A stretch of DNA of 64,000 bases from the human T2T-CHM13v2.0 reference genome, Homo sapiens: NCBI RefSeq assembly GCF_009914755.1, contig NC_060929.1; one strand, written 5' to 3'. The translations under genes were made by a program, and so were the position numbers. Positions within the stretch are counted from its first letter, which is position 1. Every line of letters starts with the position of its first letter. The notes beneath the pieces are model-generated. The model did no database searches, was not told the DNA's origin, and saw only the letters and a program-made list of their open reading frames with translations. Shown here one piece after another: positions 29,296 to 44,844 of the stretch.

Positions 29296-30507
29296 CTAGA
29301 AAATGCCAAATGATAGAACACTGGAACACACAGGAACCAGGACAACCCACATGCACCTTGAAACCAGGATTTAATGGATTATCACAACAGGGTAACAGTA
29401 CAGGAAGGAATCTACTCCAAAAATTTCCCTTTTTCATGTTATTCTGCTGGAAATTCACAAGTCCAAGAGACACTGTGTGACTAGTCTTGGGTCTCTTGTT
29501 TCTCCTCATATTTATCACTGAGGACAGAGACCTGTGATGTCATGACCCACACCTCTACCTGCAGAGACTCTGAGGCATTCCCCTAGGAGATCTTTATTTT
29601 ATATTCATTTCCCTTCTTTAAGGGAAACGAATTGTGAGCAGAAAAAAACAAACAACTAGCAAATACATAGGAAACAAAATAAAAACAAAAACTCCTGTCT
29701 ACCAGGAGGAGCAGGAAAGGATGATTTTAACATTCATTCCACAATTATTGATTGTTTACAGACTGTCTTCCACTGTGCTTACACCAAAACAACCTTTTCT
29801 TTCACAAAGCTGTCAATGTGGGATACATTATAAAGAGACCCTTAGCTTTTAATGGTTATTTCTCATTAAGAATACATATTTGTACTAGGGTCTCAGTGTT
29901 ATTTTTCTCCAATTAAAGCTGTTTCTTCTGTCATTTGGAATTTCTACTTTACAGCAAGTTTTCATGTTTGCAGGATTAGAAATCACAGGAGGCAGAAGGC
30001 TTCCATCTCAGTTTCAGCCTCAGCCTCAGCAGGATTTCTCAGGGACCAGTGCAGGATGGACAATAAATTCACACCCACATGTAATCACAATAACATCATG
30101 GCAGATACTGGAATAGCTGCAATCCAAAGTTTTCTATTCTTGGTCATGGTCCTTTATTTGTAAGAAATAAAAGGACAGGACAAGTTATGGTGCTAGAAAC
30201 AAAACATATTCAAATCAGATTAGGCACAAAATGGGAAATTATTGGAAGGCTACAAAAGTATCTCATGGTAACTTGGGTCAAGAACTCAGCCGAGTTTCCT
30301 GGTGGACAAACTGGGGACTGGAGAATGCAAATCGCCACCATCTTACATCCAGGCATAATTGTTCCCTAATTGGGTCTTAGATCAAAAGACACTTCCATAA
30401 GAGCTCTTCTGTTTTCTCTATTATAAACCAAAATACCACTTGCCTCCCACTGCAACACTCCCTATCTGTCTTCCCTATTTTATTTTTCTCCAAAAATCTA
30501 CGTTGGC

Positions 30508-30640
30508 CATGATAGGTTAGGTTATGCATAGGAAGAAATAAGCTCCAATATTTTAAGTGCTTGTAACAGCAAAAGTTTGTTTCTCACTCACACCATATGT
30601 CTATCACATGTCTATCAAAGCTCACTGCCCTTCAGCTCCA
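30508..30640 (-). mobile_element. Old MaLR LTR 3' end (MLT1J/K-like)
   Basis: gataggttaggttatgca...agtgcttgtaacagcaaaagtttgtttctcactcacacc. Confidence 0.55.
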
Positions 30641-30649
30641 TGTGGATAT

Positions 30650-30687
30650 ACACACACACGTGTGTGTGTGTGTGTGTGTCTGTGTGT
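30650..30687. repeat. (AC)5-(GT)n compound microsatellite
   Basis: acacacacacgtgtgtgtgtgtgtgtgtgtctgtgtgt. Confidence 0.9.
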
Positions 30688-30756
30688 AAAGTCAAGTTAA
30701 AAACTGTAGCATTTGTAGGTGAATGTTGACTAGGACACTTTCAGTTATTCAGGAGT

Positions 30757-32168
<1,412 letters not shown>

Positions 32169-32343
32169 CATGAAACCAAATAATTGCCATTGTTGTGCTC
32201 CAAATCTCTTAAAGCTCTTCCATTGTATATAGAAGAGTATTTTCTAAATTACATTCCGTAAATAGGCAGACCATGGGAAAATGTTCCATGCTATGTTAAA
32301 ACAAGCCATTACATACTGCCTCCCCAATCCAGGAGCACTGGCT

Positions 32344-32663
32344 GTTTTTTTGTTTTGTTTTTGTTTTTGTTTTTGTTTTTGAGACAGTCTCGTCTCACTC
32401 TAACACCAGGCTGGAGTGCAGTGGCACGATCTCAGCTCACTGCAATCTCTGCCTCCTGGTTTCAAGCAATTCTCTGCCTCAGCCTCCCAAGTAGCTGGGA
32501 TTACAGGCGCCCGCCACCATGCCTGGCTAATTTTTTTGTATATTTAATAGAGACAGGGTTTCACCATCTTGGCCAGGCTGGTCTTGAACTCCTGACCTCA
32601 TGATCCACCCACCTCAGCCTCCCAAAGTGCTGGGATTACAGACGTGAGCCACCGCGCCCAGCC
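32344..32663 (-). mobile_element. Alu, AluS
   Basis: (TTTTTG)n tail and full dimer; TSD agcactggct at 32334-32343 and 32665-32674. Confidence 0.94.
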
Positions 32664-33139
32664 AAGCACTGGCTTTTTAAAGGCAATGAAAAGTCCTGTG
32701 GCTAAAACATCTGCTAACTTTGCTTAATCCAACATTTTTCCAAGTGACCACAGATTCTATTTTGCAATATCGCTATTCATATCCTGCAAAAAATACTGGC
32801 TTACTTAGGGAAAGAACCCAGTGCCTAAATTTATAATCTTACCCACATTCCCATACCCTACTCAAATCAGAATATTTCATTCTTCTATGGACATATCTTT
32901 TATTTCTATGACTTTGTTTTTATTTTTTTCCTTGGGCATGTTGATTATTTATATTATTTATTTCTGATCAACCACCCCTACTCTTTTTGTCCTATTTTAA
33001 GTCCTACCTTGTAATCCATAAAGATTTTGCTGATTGAATTAAGAGTTATTCCTGTGGATACTAACAACCCTTTACAATGCCTTCATTTAACGTACAGACC
33101 ACCTTTTAGTATTCTTACTGATGTTATTTCTAACACTAT

Positions 33140-33365
33140 TAGTCTAAGTTCACAGAGTGATTACTGTGAATCAGACACTGTGCTCAATTCTGATCAAAAC
33201 AATCCTATAAAATAAGTAATATTATTATTGTCATCTTACAGATGAGGTAACTGAAACATAAAAAAAAAAAAATAACTAGATCAAGGTCTCACAGCTACTA
33301 AATTCAGAGCCAGGACACTTCTCCAAGCTCACTGGAATCCAAACCCGTGCTCTGATGCACTGTGA
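33140..33365 (-). mobile_element. MIR
   Basis: cagacactgtgct...acaatcctataaaataagtaatattattattgtcatcttacagatgaggtaactgaaac...caaggtctcacagctactaaattcagagccagga. Confidence 0.8.
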
Positions 33366-34299
33366 TAATTACTATGCCCCTTTTTGCGCACGTCTTTCTC
33401 TTCCACTTGATTGTTAGCCCTGAGAGGACGAGGATCATGTTGAGTTCATCTTTATATGCACTCTGTGACTAATAAAGTATGTTCCTGAGACCCATGAATT
33501 ATGCTTAGAACGAAATCAAACCGGTGTGGCCTCAGCATCGTGAGGTAAGGGGAAGGTATCTCCATGAGAATCATTTGTCTGTAATTTCAAGGCGCCGATT
33601 CTTTGCCATCCACCTGTCATTCTCTGCTTTCGAATTCTCCTCCTAGGATATCTCATTATGATGCATCACCTCAGTTCCTCTTAGTTACAACATCTAATGC
33701 AACATGACTAGCGCAACATGAGCACATAAGCCCTGGAGAACTGAAGAGCAGGAAGGTTGTTTTCTCCACACTGTAGATTTAAGGGAAGTTATGAAAATAT
33801 ATGTTAAAGGTCAGCAGTGAACCTCCGAGTTAAGAGCCCTGCTGTGGAAGGGTTCCATCCTTCTTCATAGTGAACCAAAGCACTGAATTCCCATGGAAAT
33901 TGAGTTGAATAAGCCATGCAAGCAGCTCCGTTTATTTTTCTAAGAAAATTGCCTTATTAATGTGCATTATGGAAATAGTGCTCCATGTCAGACCTAACAA
34001 GAAGAATTTGGACTGCATGTGCACATGGAAAATTGCCTCCTGTGCTTTTCATCCCAGTGGATCCTGGGGAATTTTCTGAAACTCATTTTCCAGCTCTGCT
34101 TGCTTCTTCAACAATCCCTCCCTCTATAAACAATCCCCTCTGAAATGACCTCCCTCCAAAACACCCCAGATGCCAGCCAGACATGGCAACCAGATCAGCA
34201 ATTCAGTGACCCCAAATAAATGTTTTATGGGGACTGGGTCTCCAGGCTGAGAAGAAATCAACCTAAAATAACAGGAAGCTTTACCACATGGATTGTGGG

Positions 34300-34528
34300 G
34301 ACTTGCAGACCTGGGCTTAGATTCTTGCTCTGTCCCTAAGAAGCTGTGTTAGATGAGGGAATTAATACATGCCCTCTAAGCCTCACCATGTAAACAGTAT
34401 AAAAGTTAATAGTAAAATGTTCCTTTCCCTTCTTAGAAGTATTATGAAATTAAATGAGATAATATTTGTAAAATGTTTAGCAAAATATATGTCTAGCACA
34501 AAATTAGCCTCAATAAACAATAGCTAAT
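34300..34528 (+). mobile_element. MIR
   Basis: cagacctgggcttagattcttgctctg...ctctaagcctca...gaaattaaatgagataatatttgtaaaatgtttagca...ctcaataaacaatagcta. Confidence 0.78.
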
Positions 34529-37500
34529 AGATTGTGATAATAAAATTTTATATTCAAGTTTATGATACTTAACGTGTAATCTGCAGAATATCTTCTTTTG
34601 AAAAGACAATGGAGGAAGTTAGCTTAAAGAAGCAGCAGAACAAATGAATTATAATGGGAAAATTTCATACATTGAGGACACCACTGTGAGAATAAGATGT
34701 ACTTAAACGCTGAGGGAGGAAGTAATTTTTCAGGTTACAGAAAGCAGACATGGAACTACCTACTTGTTCACCCTACATTTCTTACTTACCTTGTCAGTTT
34801 CTAAGGCTAGGGTGGATTAGAAATAAAGACTGACATGATGTTGCAAAGGGAAAGAAACATTTCTCCAAAACAACACTGTATTACTACCTTTGGTCTCCTT
34901 AAAGCATGCTGGCAGAAACAACCTTGTAAGTTTCAAATTCCCGAGGCTATAGATTTTTACTCTTTCTTGGCAGACTTTGTTTGACCATCTCCTATATGAA
35001 AGCAAGAAGTTTATCAATCACTCTTTTGTTTAAAATACACTATAATAATAATCTTTTAAATATCCCAATAGGTTCATTTTAAACATCTGGAAACACAGGC
35101 TTTCTCCCAGACGTTCTAAATTTTGAGTCCCTTTTTAAAAAAAGGCTTATACTGATTATGTGTTCTGAAGCTGTAAGGCTGTGATAATCTCCAAAATAAT
35201 AATAATCTATTATTGCAATGTAGTCCATCTCACATTTAAAATGTAAAGGTATACCTTCGTAAAATCATCATGAAGAAAATTTTAAAAATTCCTTATTAAC
35301 TTTTGGGATTTATTTTCCCCACTTTCCAATAAAGGATAAATGAGGAGACAGACCGGTAGACATAATGTCATGAAGATGGTATAACAGAAAAAAAACAAAA
35401 TGGATAAGGAAAAGGGGCGGAGGGAGTAAAAATTTTTTAGATAAAAATAAATAAACTAAATTGAAGTGTATGGGATATAAAATGGATAAAGCCATCAAGA
35501 AAAATGAGAAAAATGATGGGAAAATATAATTGTACCAAATGAATTGCTATTCAAGTATCTGGTGCCTGGTTGTACATGTTTCTAAGGGCAAATTTCCTAA
35601 GCCCCCTTTCCTCAAATATTTCACTTGTGCTTATTCAGTAAATCTAACAAAATAAGGATGCTTTTGAGCTATTGATTGGTGCAAATGTGGCTTAATAGCA
35701 GAATCATTACTTTTTTAATCTTGGAACTGCCAGCTCTTACTATTTTCAACTGAATTTTGAGTGGTTTGATTACAGCCTGCCATTACTAATTGTTTCTAAA
35801 TTTCATGGAACATATCTTGTTTAGGAAGTTTTCTTCTTTTGGCAATACTTTTTCTTTTTTTTCTTAAAGTCTCAGTTTTCACAACTTTATCTGCTCAGAC
35901 TTATGGGCCTCTCTTTTTAGATGTCTTAATCTTGAAGCAGGAAAAGTCAGAACTTGTTTGCTCACTCAGAAAAATGTGGCCTCGTTGACTCCTGAATAAA
36001 ATATAATTTTGGGTCACCATCCCCATTTGCTCAGTAGCATTAAAGTGATGCATTTCTGTAGGTTTACACAGGCTGGTATCCCTGTCTGTCCTACAGATCT
36101 TTACTGGAATTGAGCAGAAAAGGTCAAATAGGGGGTAATATGTCAAAAGGCTGTAATTAAGATTTAGAAAGATTAATACCGATGGTATTTAATGAAATTG
36201 GCTTTTAGAGGAATGCTCATCTATTACTTTGATATTTAACATTTTTTCTTATTAAAATGTTAGTGCTGAATAGAAGCACAGAATCAATGGCAGAAATATG
36301 AGTTTATACAGCCATCAATGAAGGAGGTCAGAACTAATAAACAATCTGAGATTTTCTTGTGTTATTGATGGTAACATTACCTCTCTTTTCCACTTGAGAT
36401 ATATTTTTTTTTCCCAGGGCTTGCAAAAAAATTTTTTATGACAATAAGAAGCAAACTGACATAGCTGTATCACTTCATTGCACTGACGCAGTTTTTTTTT
36501 TAATTAGTCGCTTCAGATGTTTATAGCAATCTCAAATACAAGAAGAAAAAAAATCTATCAATTTTTTACAGACGGGTAAATTTTGCCTCTAGAGGGAATA
36601 CCGTGGTTAAATCCAGCATATCACAATGAAAAAATGCTCTGTAGTCTAAAGTAGATGCTGATGCCTTTTGGTGTTTTGAAGAATGAGCTGTTTCAAATTG
36701 TAAGAAAATTTCCATTTCAAAAATAGCTACTGAACTATAACAATGACTGCTTTGCATATATTTTTGGTCACAAAAATACCATTGTTATTTTTTACTATGG
36801 ATATGCAAATGAGATGTTGATAGGATTAAGTTCTGTCACTTTCTGAGACAGTCTTATGCTTCCACGATTGAAGTTTTCCTTTTCCTCCCACTATTTCCTT
36901 TACATTTATTTAAAGCCATCAAACTCATTTTACTTTTCATTGTGTTTGAGGTTTCCCTGCCTTCTTTTTTTTGGCTTCTTCCCTAGCGATTTTTTTCCCA
37001 AATTCTTTAGATTTGCTCCAGGTGGTGACTTACTTCATCGCATGGCATCTTGTCTTATTTTTAATTAAGAAAATTTTTCTCCATCTTTTATTTAAAACAC
37101 AAGAAAAAATTCAATAACTTATCATTTTGACTGATTATTTTCTCATTATATTAGCGAGGTACACTGATGTCACATAGACAGTTGGCATTTGTTTATGGAT
37201 GAAAACCCTCTGTTGTCAGATTCACAATCTGATGTTTTGGTTAAACATGAATTTTAGGAAGCTCAGGATGGTATAAAATATGTGTGTATGCATGTGTCAG
37301 GAACATTTTTTAAAAACTTGGATGGTTAGTAGGATTTAGAAACTCAGAGGCTGTATAGAAACTTTAAGAATTAGTTGTCTTTCACACACAAACACACACA
37401 CACGCACCAATAATCAGTGTACATATTCTTGTAAACTGACAATACGTATATTCATAATAGAGACTTGAATAACCAGCATTTGAAAAAAAGAATTAGTTGT

Positions 37501-37630
37501 TTTTTTTTAAGAAAGCCAATTTGAGTGTGAATGGGATAAGTTAAATTTATAAGCAAAGAAGGAGATAACCCATGTCTGAAAATATTGCCATGCTTTCAGT
37601 ACAATAGATGGTACATTCTTTATATACATG

Positions 37631-37633
<3 letters not shown>

Positions 37634-37666
<33 letters not shown>
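37634..37666. repeat. (CA)n microsatellite
   Basis: About 16 perfect CA units. Confidence 0.95.
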
Positions 37667-37668
<2 letters not shown>

Positions 37669-38799
37669 TTACTATAGTTCAAAGTAAATATATTTTATAT
37701 TAACAGCTTTTTCAAATATCTTTTTATAACTATAGTATAAACATCTCTATCCTTAAATTTGTTTTGTCTTAATCCAAATTAAAATTATCATTTAAATAGT
37801 TTCTCAAATTCAAATGTTATATGACTATGTACTTAAATCATTAACTGTTGAAGTTGCACTACTCCTGGAAACTATCTTGTATGTTCATTTATCCAAATTC
37901 TTTCTTTCGAAATGGATTTGGTGAATGCCTATAAAATTAATATTCATGAAACATATTCTGGTCTAAAAGCTAAAAATTGTAGATTATTTTAAAAGTTAAA
38001 GCATATACATACACAATATTTAAATATTAAAATACCTGTGTCTGTCTAAGATATTGTGGCCAATGGAAGCAAATGGTCTTAAACCAAAAATAAAAAACAA
38101 TGCTTCTAAGAACTGTCCAATTCAACTAAATGTTCATCTGGAAGTTAAGAAATTATGAACATTTATTCTCAATTAACATTTTTTCTGAGTTTGAATATGC
38201 ATGGACTTTCAAATGATCTTCTATTTTTGCAAAGTAGAGTTCAGAGAGGTTGACAAAGTTATTCTTAATACCCAATATTTTTAGCCTCAAGATACAGATG
38301 AAGCACTGTATCATAAGCTCTACAATCTTCTCAGAAATTTCTCCTTGACTTTTCAATATCCATGTCAAATTTTCTGTTGTAATTATAGAGAAAAAAAGAG
38401 GAGTTTCTCTCTTTGGATTTAGTCCTCTTTGGAAATTAATGAATTATAGCAAGTGAATAATTTTAAAGCATGCATATACAATGTAATAAAATGCTTTAAA
38501 AATTAGAATTTAGTCAAATGACCTATTTTAAAAATTACTGAATTGTAGCGAAATCTTTACAGTTCATATGGGTTATTTTTCTTTCCCTTCTTCCCTTCCT
38601 TCTCTCAATTTTTTCTATAAAAGTTTTTAAGTATGGGTCCAGCACATCAGATAGTGGTCTAATCTGGATCAAAGACAGTAGGTAATTTAAGCTGATGTAC
38701 AAGTGCTCTTGATTTGAAATGAAGTTTACAAATAATTCACTTCTATATGACTTGTGGAAAATCAGGTTACATAAAGTATGTGTGGCATAAAGACTTTAT

Positions 38800-39122
<323 letters not shown>

Positions 39123-40651
39123 CATAATGACTTTATATTACAAAATACATGTAGTGAAATATAGCTATAGGACATACATATGTATATCTAAAAAAGACAT
39201 AAGGAGATAAAGATAAAACATACATATAAGTTCTCTGCAGTTGGTTGCATTATTAATAATTTCTTCTCTGAGCTTTACTATATATTTCAAAATTTCTACA
39301 ATGAATATATGCAATTTTTTTTTTATTAAGAGAAGTAGAAGGAAGGAAGAAAGGAAGGAAGCTGGAGAGAGGGAGGAAGTCAGTCTTTGTAATCTAGCAG
39401 GAATGCTTGTGTGAAGCTGAGCAGTTCACTGTTAATTTCCCTGCTTATCAACTGTCCTTTTACTTCTGTATCTGGATTTTGTAAAGAATCAGGAATTTTC
39501 AACTATGTAATTATGTGTGCTAAAAAGACAATAAATTGGACTGATCTACCAAAAGAGAGAATAATCAAGTATAAGGGTATGTGTGTGAGTACGTGTGCTC
39601 AGAGATGGCCCCATGACATATGTGTTTCTTAATTGATCTAGGTTAATATTAATTATAGTTTGCTTCCTTGAATTCACCAAGTAACTCTGACTGGCAAGAA
39701 AGAAAACAGGCCTGGTACCGGGATCTGAGTGTATGGGAAGATAACATGTGATTGATTTTTGGCCAACTCTCCAGGTCTCAGCAAGTAAATAGATATAATT
39801 CTGAGAAAATCGCCAGGAAAAGATTATCTGGTACATTCAGGGGAGTAGTCACCATGTATTACACATGCTATATATCTTGCACTCACAAAGAACACTTAGC
39901 ACACAGAAGTGTGCTTAGCATCAGAATCACGTTTACTGTTTATAAATCTGCAGATTCTTAGAACTCATTCCAAACATATTATTTACACTAACGTTTGAGA
40001 AAATTGGGTAATGGTATTATTCGTAAATCTAGATTCTCAAATAGAATTTCAGCAGAATTTCAAAATATGGACTTGGTGACCTAACCTCACCACCCACACC
40101 CTCCTACCCCTGCACCTCACTAAATTTCTGGTCTGAGTAGGTTTTCATGTGTGACAGAGTATTTTTTCTCTTCAGTGGAAGAGTAAGCTGGAACAATTGA
40201 GATGAACCTGGAAGACATTTTTAAAATTAGACAAGTGTATTGGTTGATCAGCATAATTACATGGGATTTTTATTCTGTCTTAAGCTTCTTATTGAAGCTT
40301 AACATACATACAGAGAAGCGCACAAATCATACGTGTAGAGATAACCTTGATAGATTTTGTGAAAATTCTTGGGTGCTGGGATAATCTGGTTCTGGAATGT
40401 ATTAATCATTACACCTATTCCAGCATCCAAGAAGCCCCCATGTACCCCTTCCTGTATTATCCCCACCTTCTCCCAGAGTCACCACTACCCTGACTTCTAA
40501 CATCATAGACTATTGTTGTATTATTTTTGGACTTCATATAGTTTTAATGAAACAGAATGAACTTTTTTGTGATTGATGTATTTCACTCAACATTATGTTT
40601 AATTCATCTACATTGTTGATGTAGTAGTAGCTGTTTTATTCTCATGGAAGC

Positions 40652-40951
40652 TTTTTTTTTTTTTTTTTTGAGACGGAGTCTCGCTCTGTCACCCAGGCTG
40701 GGGTGCAGTGGTGCAATTCCAGCTCACTGCAACCTCAGCCCCCTGGGTTCAAGTGATTCTCGTGCCTCAGCCTCCCAAGTAGCTGGGATTACACGTGCGT
40801 GCCACCACACCAGGCTAATTTTTGCATTTTTAGTAGAGACGGAGTTTCACCATGTTGGCCCAGCTGGTCTCGAACTCCTGACCTCAGGTGATCTGCCTGC
40901 CTCAGCCTCCTAAAGTGTTGGGATTACAGGAGTGAGCCACCGTGCCCAGCC
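40652..40951 (-). mobile_element. Alu, AluSx-like
   Basis: Poly-T and full dimer with ctcctgacctcaggtgatctgcc. Confidence 0.95.
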
Positions 40952-41255
40952 CTGGAAACATGTTTTGTTTTGTTTTGTTTTATTTTGTTTTGTTTTGCTA
41001 CATATGCCACAGTTTGTTTACAAAATGTGGATGAATATTTTCGTAGTTTTCTATTTTAGACTATTTCAAATAATGCCACTGTGAACATTCTAGTGCATGT
41101 CTTTTAGTAAACATATGCACACATTTTGGCTGAATATGTACCCAGAAGTAGAATGTATGCAGAAGTAGAATTCCTGGGTCATGGGATACGTGTAGGATGA
41201 GCTTTTGCAGACAGTAGAATAGTTTTCCAAAGCTGTTGTACCAAATTTCCCTCTA

Positions 41256-41258
<3 letters not shown>

Positions 41259-41296
<38 letters not shown>
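41259..41296. repeat. (GT)n microsatellite
   Basis: About 19 GT units. Confidence 0.95.
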
Positions 41297-41297
<1 letters not shown>

Positions 41298-41344
41298 CTA
41301 TTTGCTCCACCTCTTTGCAAACACTTGCCATTTTTCTTAATCTT

Positions 41345-41590
41345 TTAAATATTTTTTTAAATTTTTTGGGTACCTGGTAGGTGTATGTATTTGTGGTGTA
41401 CCTGAGACGTTTTGATACAGGCATATAATGTGAAATTGCATGGGGTATCCATTGCCACAAGCATTTATCCTTTGTGCTACAAACAATCCAGTTATACTCT
41501 TACTTATTTTAAAATGTACAATTAAGTTATTATTAACTATAGTCACCCTATTTTGTGATCAAATAGTATGTCTTGTTCATTCTCTCTAAT
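41345..41590 (-). mobile_element. L1MA2/3-like 3' end, nested in the older L1
   Basis: ttttgatacaggcat...caagcatttatcctttgtgctacaaacaatccagttatactct...aaaatgtacaattaagttattattaactatagtcaccct. Confidence 0.8.
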
Positions 41591-41699
41591 TTATCTTCTT
41601 CATTTTAGCCATCCTGGTGGGTATGTAAGTAATATATAATAGTTTTAATTTGTATTTCTCATGGGAAGTTGCTGCAGTTGTTGTTTGTTTGTTCATCTT

Positions 41700-41830
41700 A
41701 AATAGCTATTTCCTGTACTTTACCCTCAGAGATGCTGATTTAATAGCAGAAAGGGTCTTGGAATTTAATATATTTTAAAGCTGTCTAAAGTGATACTGAT
41801 ACTCATTTGGGTATTTGAACCACTGGCCTA
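41700..41830. mobile_element. MER5-like DNA transposon fragment
   Basis: ccctcagagatgctgatttaatag...ttttaaagctgtctaaagtgatactgat...tttgaaccactggccta. Confidence 0.6.
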
Positions 41831-43042
41831 AGATACTGAATTTCAAGGACAGAGAAAGGAATGGGTTATTTAATTGATTCACTCAAAACCTTCCCATTGG
41901 GATATGAAGATAAGAAACTGACCTTAATGAGGAAAGATTGTTTTTAAACTTGTGTCTAGTATTTTAATGGTCAGATATCTTAAGAGGTTCTACTAAGTTA
42001 TCCATCAAAGCAGGTTTGTGCCCAAAATACAAATTTTAGTATTTCTGAAATAATTTAAAATGTAGCTTAGGGGATGTGAGTATAATACTAAATTTCACAA
42101 TTATAAATCTGAGGACATAATCATATAAATTATTATAGGTACCTTACATCTACAAGTTCCTGTCATATTTTATTGGATCCACCAAGATTAAGTTGACAAA
42201 GGAAGGGAAATAACCACACCTACAAGCTTTTTATAGTCAGCCTAATATTTGTATATTAATAACAAATAAATTGGTTAATGTTAAGTTATCAAACTCTAAG
42301 CTTAGCTGTCAGAAACTGCTGCTAAAACTCTGAACGGACAACAGATAATTTTATCTTTTTGGTTGTAGAGCTGAAGAGAGCAATACTAGTGATATCAAAT
42401 TATGTATGTCATCAGATCACAGTGCTTTATCTGACAAAGAATCAATTTTAAATCTCATCCAGAGAGTGAATGAGAGAGGATTGAAGTTACTTTATGTTTT
42501 CCCTTTGTATCAGTCTTTGATACACACTGAGTGACATCACTGAGCTTTATTGGGGATATTTACTTTAGCCTTGGTTTAAGGCGTTAAACGTGTATACTTC
42601 TTGTATTAAAGCACACCATTCTTGCATGGGTGTAATAAAACAGCAGTTGGGCGCCTCCATCTTTTGTTATGGATTGCTGAAATCATGCTGGAGACTGTAT
42701 TTATAAGTAGTGCATACTAGGACTGCCAAATATTGACTTTGCTTGCTAACTCTATCACATAAAACTTCTGACAATAACCTAAGTAAAGTTCAGTTGAAGA
42801 TAAAATATTGCAAAATAAATGCCAAAAATGGAAACCATTTTTCAAAACACTAAATTAGGAAGTCAAGGAGTTGGGGCAATTAATCAATATTTCAAAATGA
42901 TGAATATATTTTACAAAACACCAGTTAAAAGGAAAAGCTCAAAAGGGAGGTCTCTCTGTATGCATAAAACACAATGTTTATTTTAGGCTTCTGTGGCAGA
43001 TTTCAGATGAGGCTTTTGAAACACACTACTTAAAATTTTTGC

Positions 43043-43171
43043 TACAAAGTATAGTCTTCATCAAAATGATCTAAAAAATCATATAAATCAACTAGTATTT
43101 GATCCTATTTTTTACAAGTATAGGGTTCATCAAAATGATCTAAAACATCACATAAATCAACAGTGTTTGAT
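43043..43171. repeat. Tandem duplication, period about 70 bp (2 copies)
   Basis: aagtatag..ttcatcaaaatgatctaaaa.atca.ataaatcaac..agt.tttgat occurs at 43043-43103 and 43113-43171. Confidence 0.9.
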
Positions 43172-43851
43172 GTTTGTCATTTATTGAAAACCTATATTCC
43201 AGGTGCTTTACCTACATTTATTCAATTATCTTCCCAAGCCTATATTTTCAGTATCCTGATTTTAAAAAATACACAAATGTTAAAGAACATTCATTCAGTC
43301 ATTCCACAAGCTTTTGTTTTGTGCTGGGTACTTCCAGAATTTAACAGACAAGTCAGAGTCCCCCAAGCTCATGGGTTTATATTCCTGCAGAGTTGGTGAG
43401 GTGGAGAGAAGGCAATAAACAAATAAGGAAATAAATAAAGAAGAAAATGTGTTATGATGAAGAAAGAGGTGGGAGACAAAAAAGGAAGGAGGTAAGGGAA
43501 GGTACTTTTGTTTGTGTGCAGAGATTCACATGGAGGCAAACTTTTCATATCTAAAATGCTAAAGGAAAACAAATAAGGCAATGTGGTCAGAGCTGAATAG
43601 AAAATTAAGTTAAGGAGGTAGATTAATTCAAAATATTTCAAACTAGACAAGAGGTCAATAGTGGTTTTAATAACCAACTCAGTGCTGATGTGTCCTGTGT
43701 TCCTCTCCTTAGCCTAGTCTGATTGATAGATTTGTACATGTAAGTGCCTATTGTTTCAACATAGTTGCCAACTAGCATTCTAAACCCTTAACATAGCTAC
43801 TTATACATTTGTGTCGTGTAATGTTAGTTAATATGAATAGTTTTTCCGTGA

Positions 43852-44327
<476 letters not shown>

Positions 44328-44844
44328 TGATTCCGATTGATTATGGCTCCATTGAGAAGATCAAATTTATGGATTTGCCAAAGAACAAGGACTGATCTTA
44401 TAATGGCAATAAAAATAGCTACTAGTAACTGGGAAATTTTTAGGAAATGCCTTGATTTCCTCACTTAAGTCATTAAGCACCATCTAGGACCACACTATAG
44501 TTGGGGAAAGCAACCAAATTCCTGTCTTCAATGAGCTTAATTTCTATTGTGGAGGATAGTGGAGCAAAGACAATGAACGAAAAACCACACAAGCATTTCT
44601 AACATGATGCCAGGTAGTGGCGAGTGCTATAAAGAATAAAAAAAGAGCAAGATACATAAAGCATGTACTTATTCCAGCACAGAGAAAGGTCACTGGAAGT
44701 TGTGATAGTCAGGAATGACTTCATGAAGAAGGATGCTTGAAGCAAATAAGAAAAGCAAAAATAATAACTTTATTGATCCGATAGGGAGCTAAATTACATT
44801 TAAAAAAAAAAAATCAAAACATCACAAAGTTTACCATGAGCCAC

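Larger units (their letters stand above)
40280..41665 (-). mobile_element. Old L1M 3' region, interrupted by an Alu, a (TG)n repeat and an L1MA fragment
   Basis: ttattgaagcttaacatacatacagagaagcgcacaaatcat...accactaccctgacttctaacatcataga...aataatgccactgtgaacattctagtgcatgtctttt...ttttagccatcctggtgggtatg. Confidence 0.7.

Noticed and set aside
33699-33722. p53 response element from the tandem gcaacatga repeats
   Set aside because: Each half-site has two or more mismatches to RRRCWWGYYY and the spacing is non-optimal.
42640-42665. CTCF site at cagcagttgggcgcctccatct
   Set aside because: Matching the core on either strand needs a gap or several mismatches.
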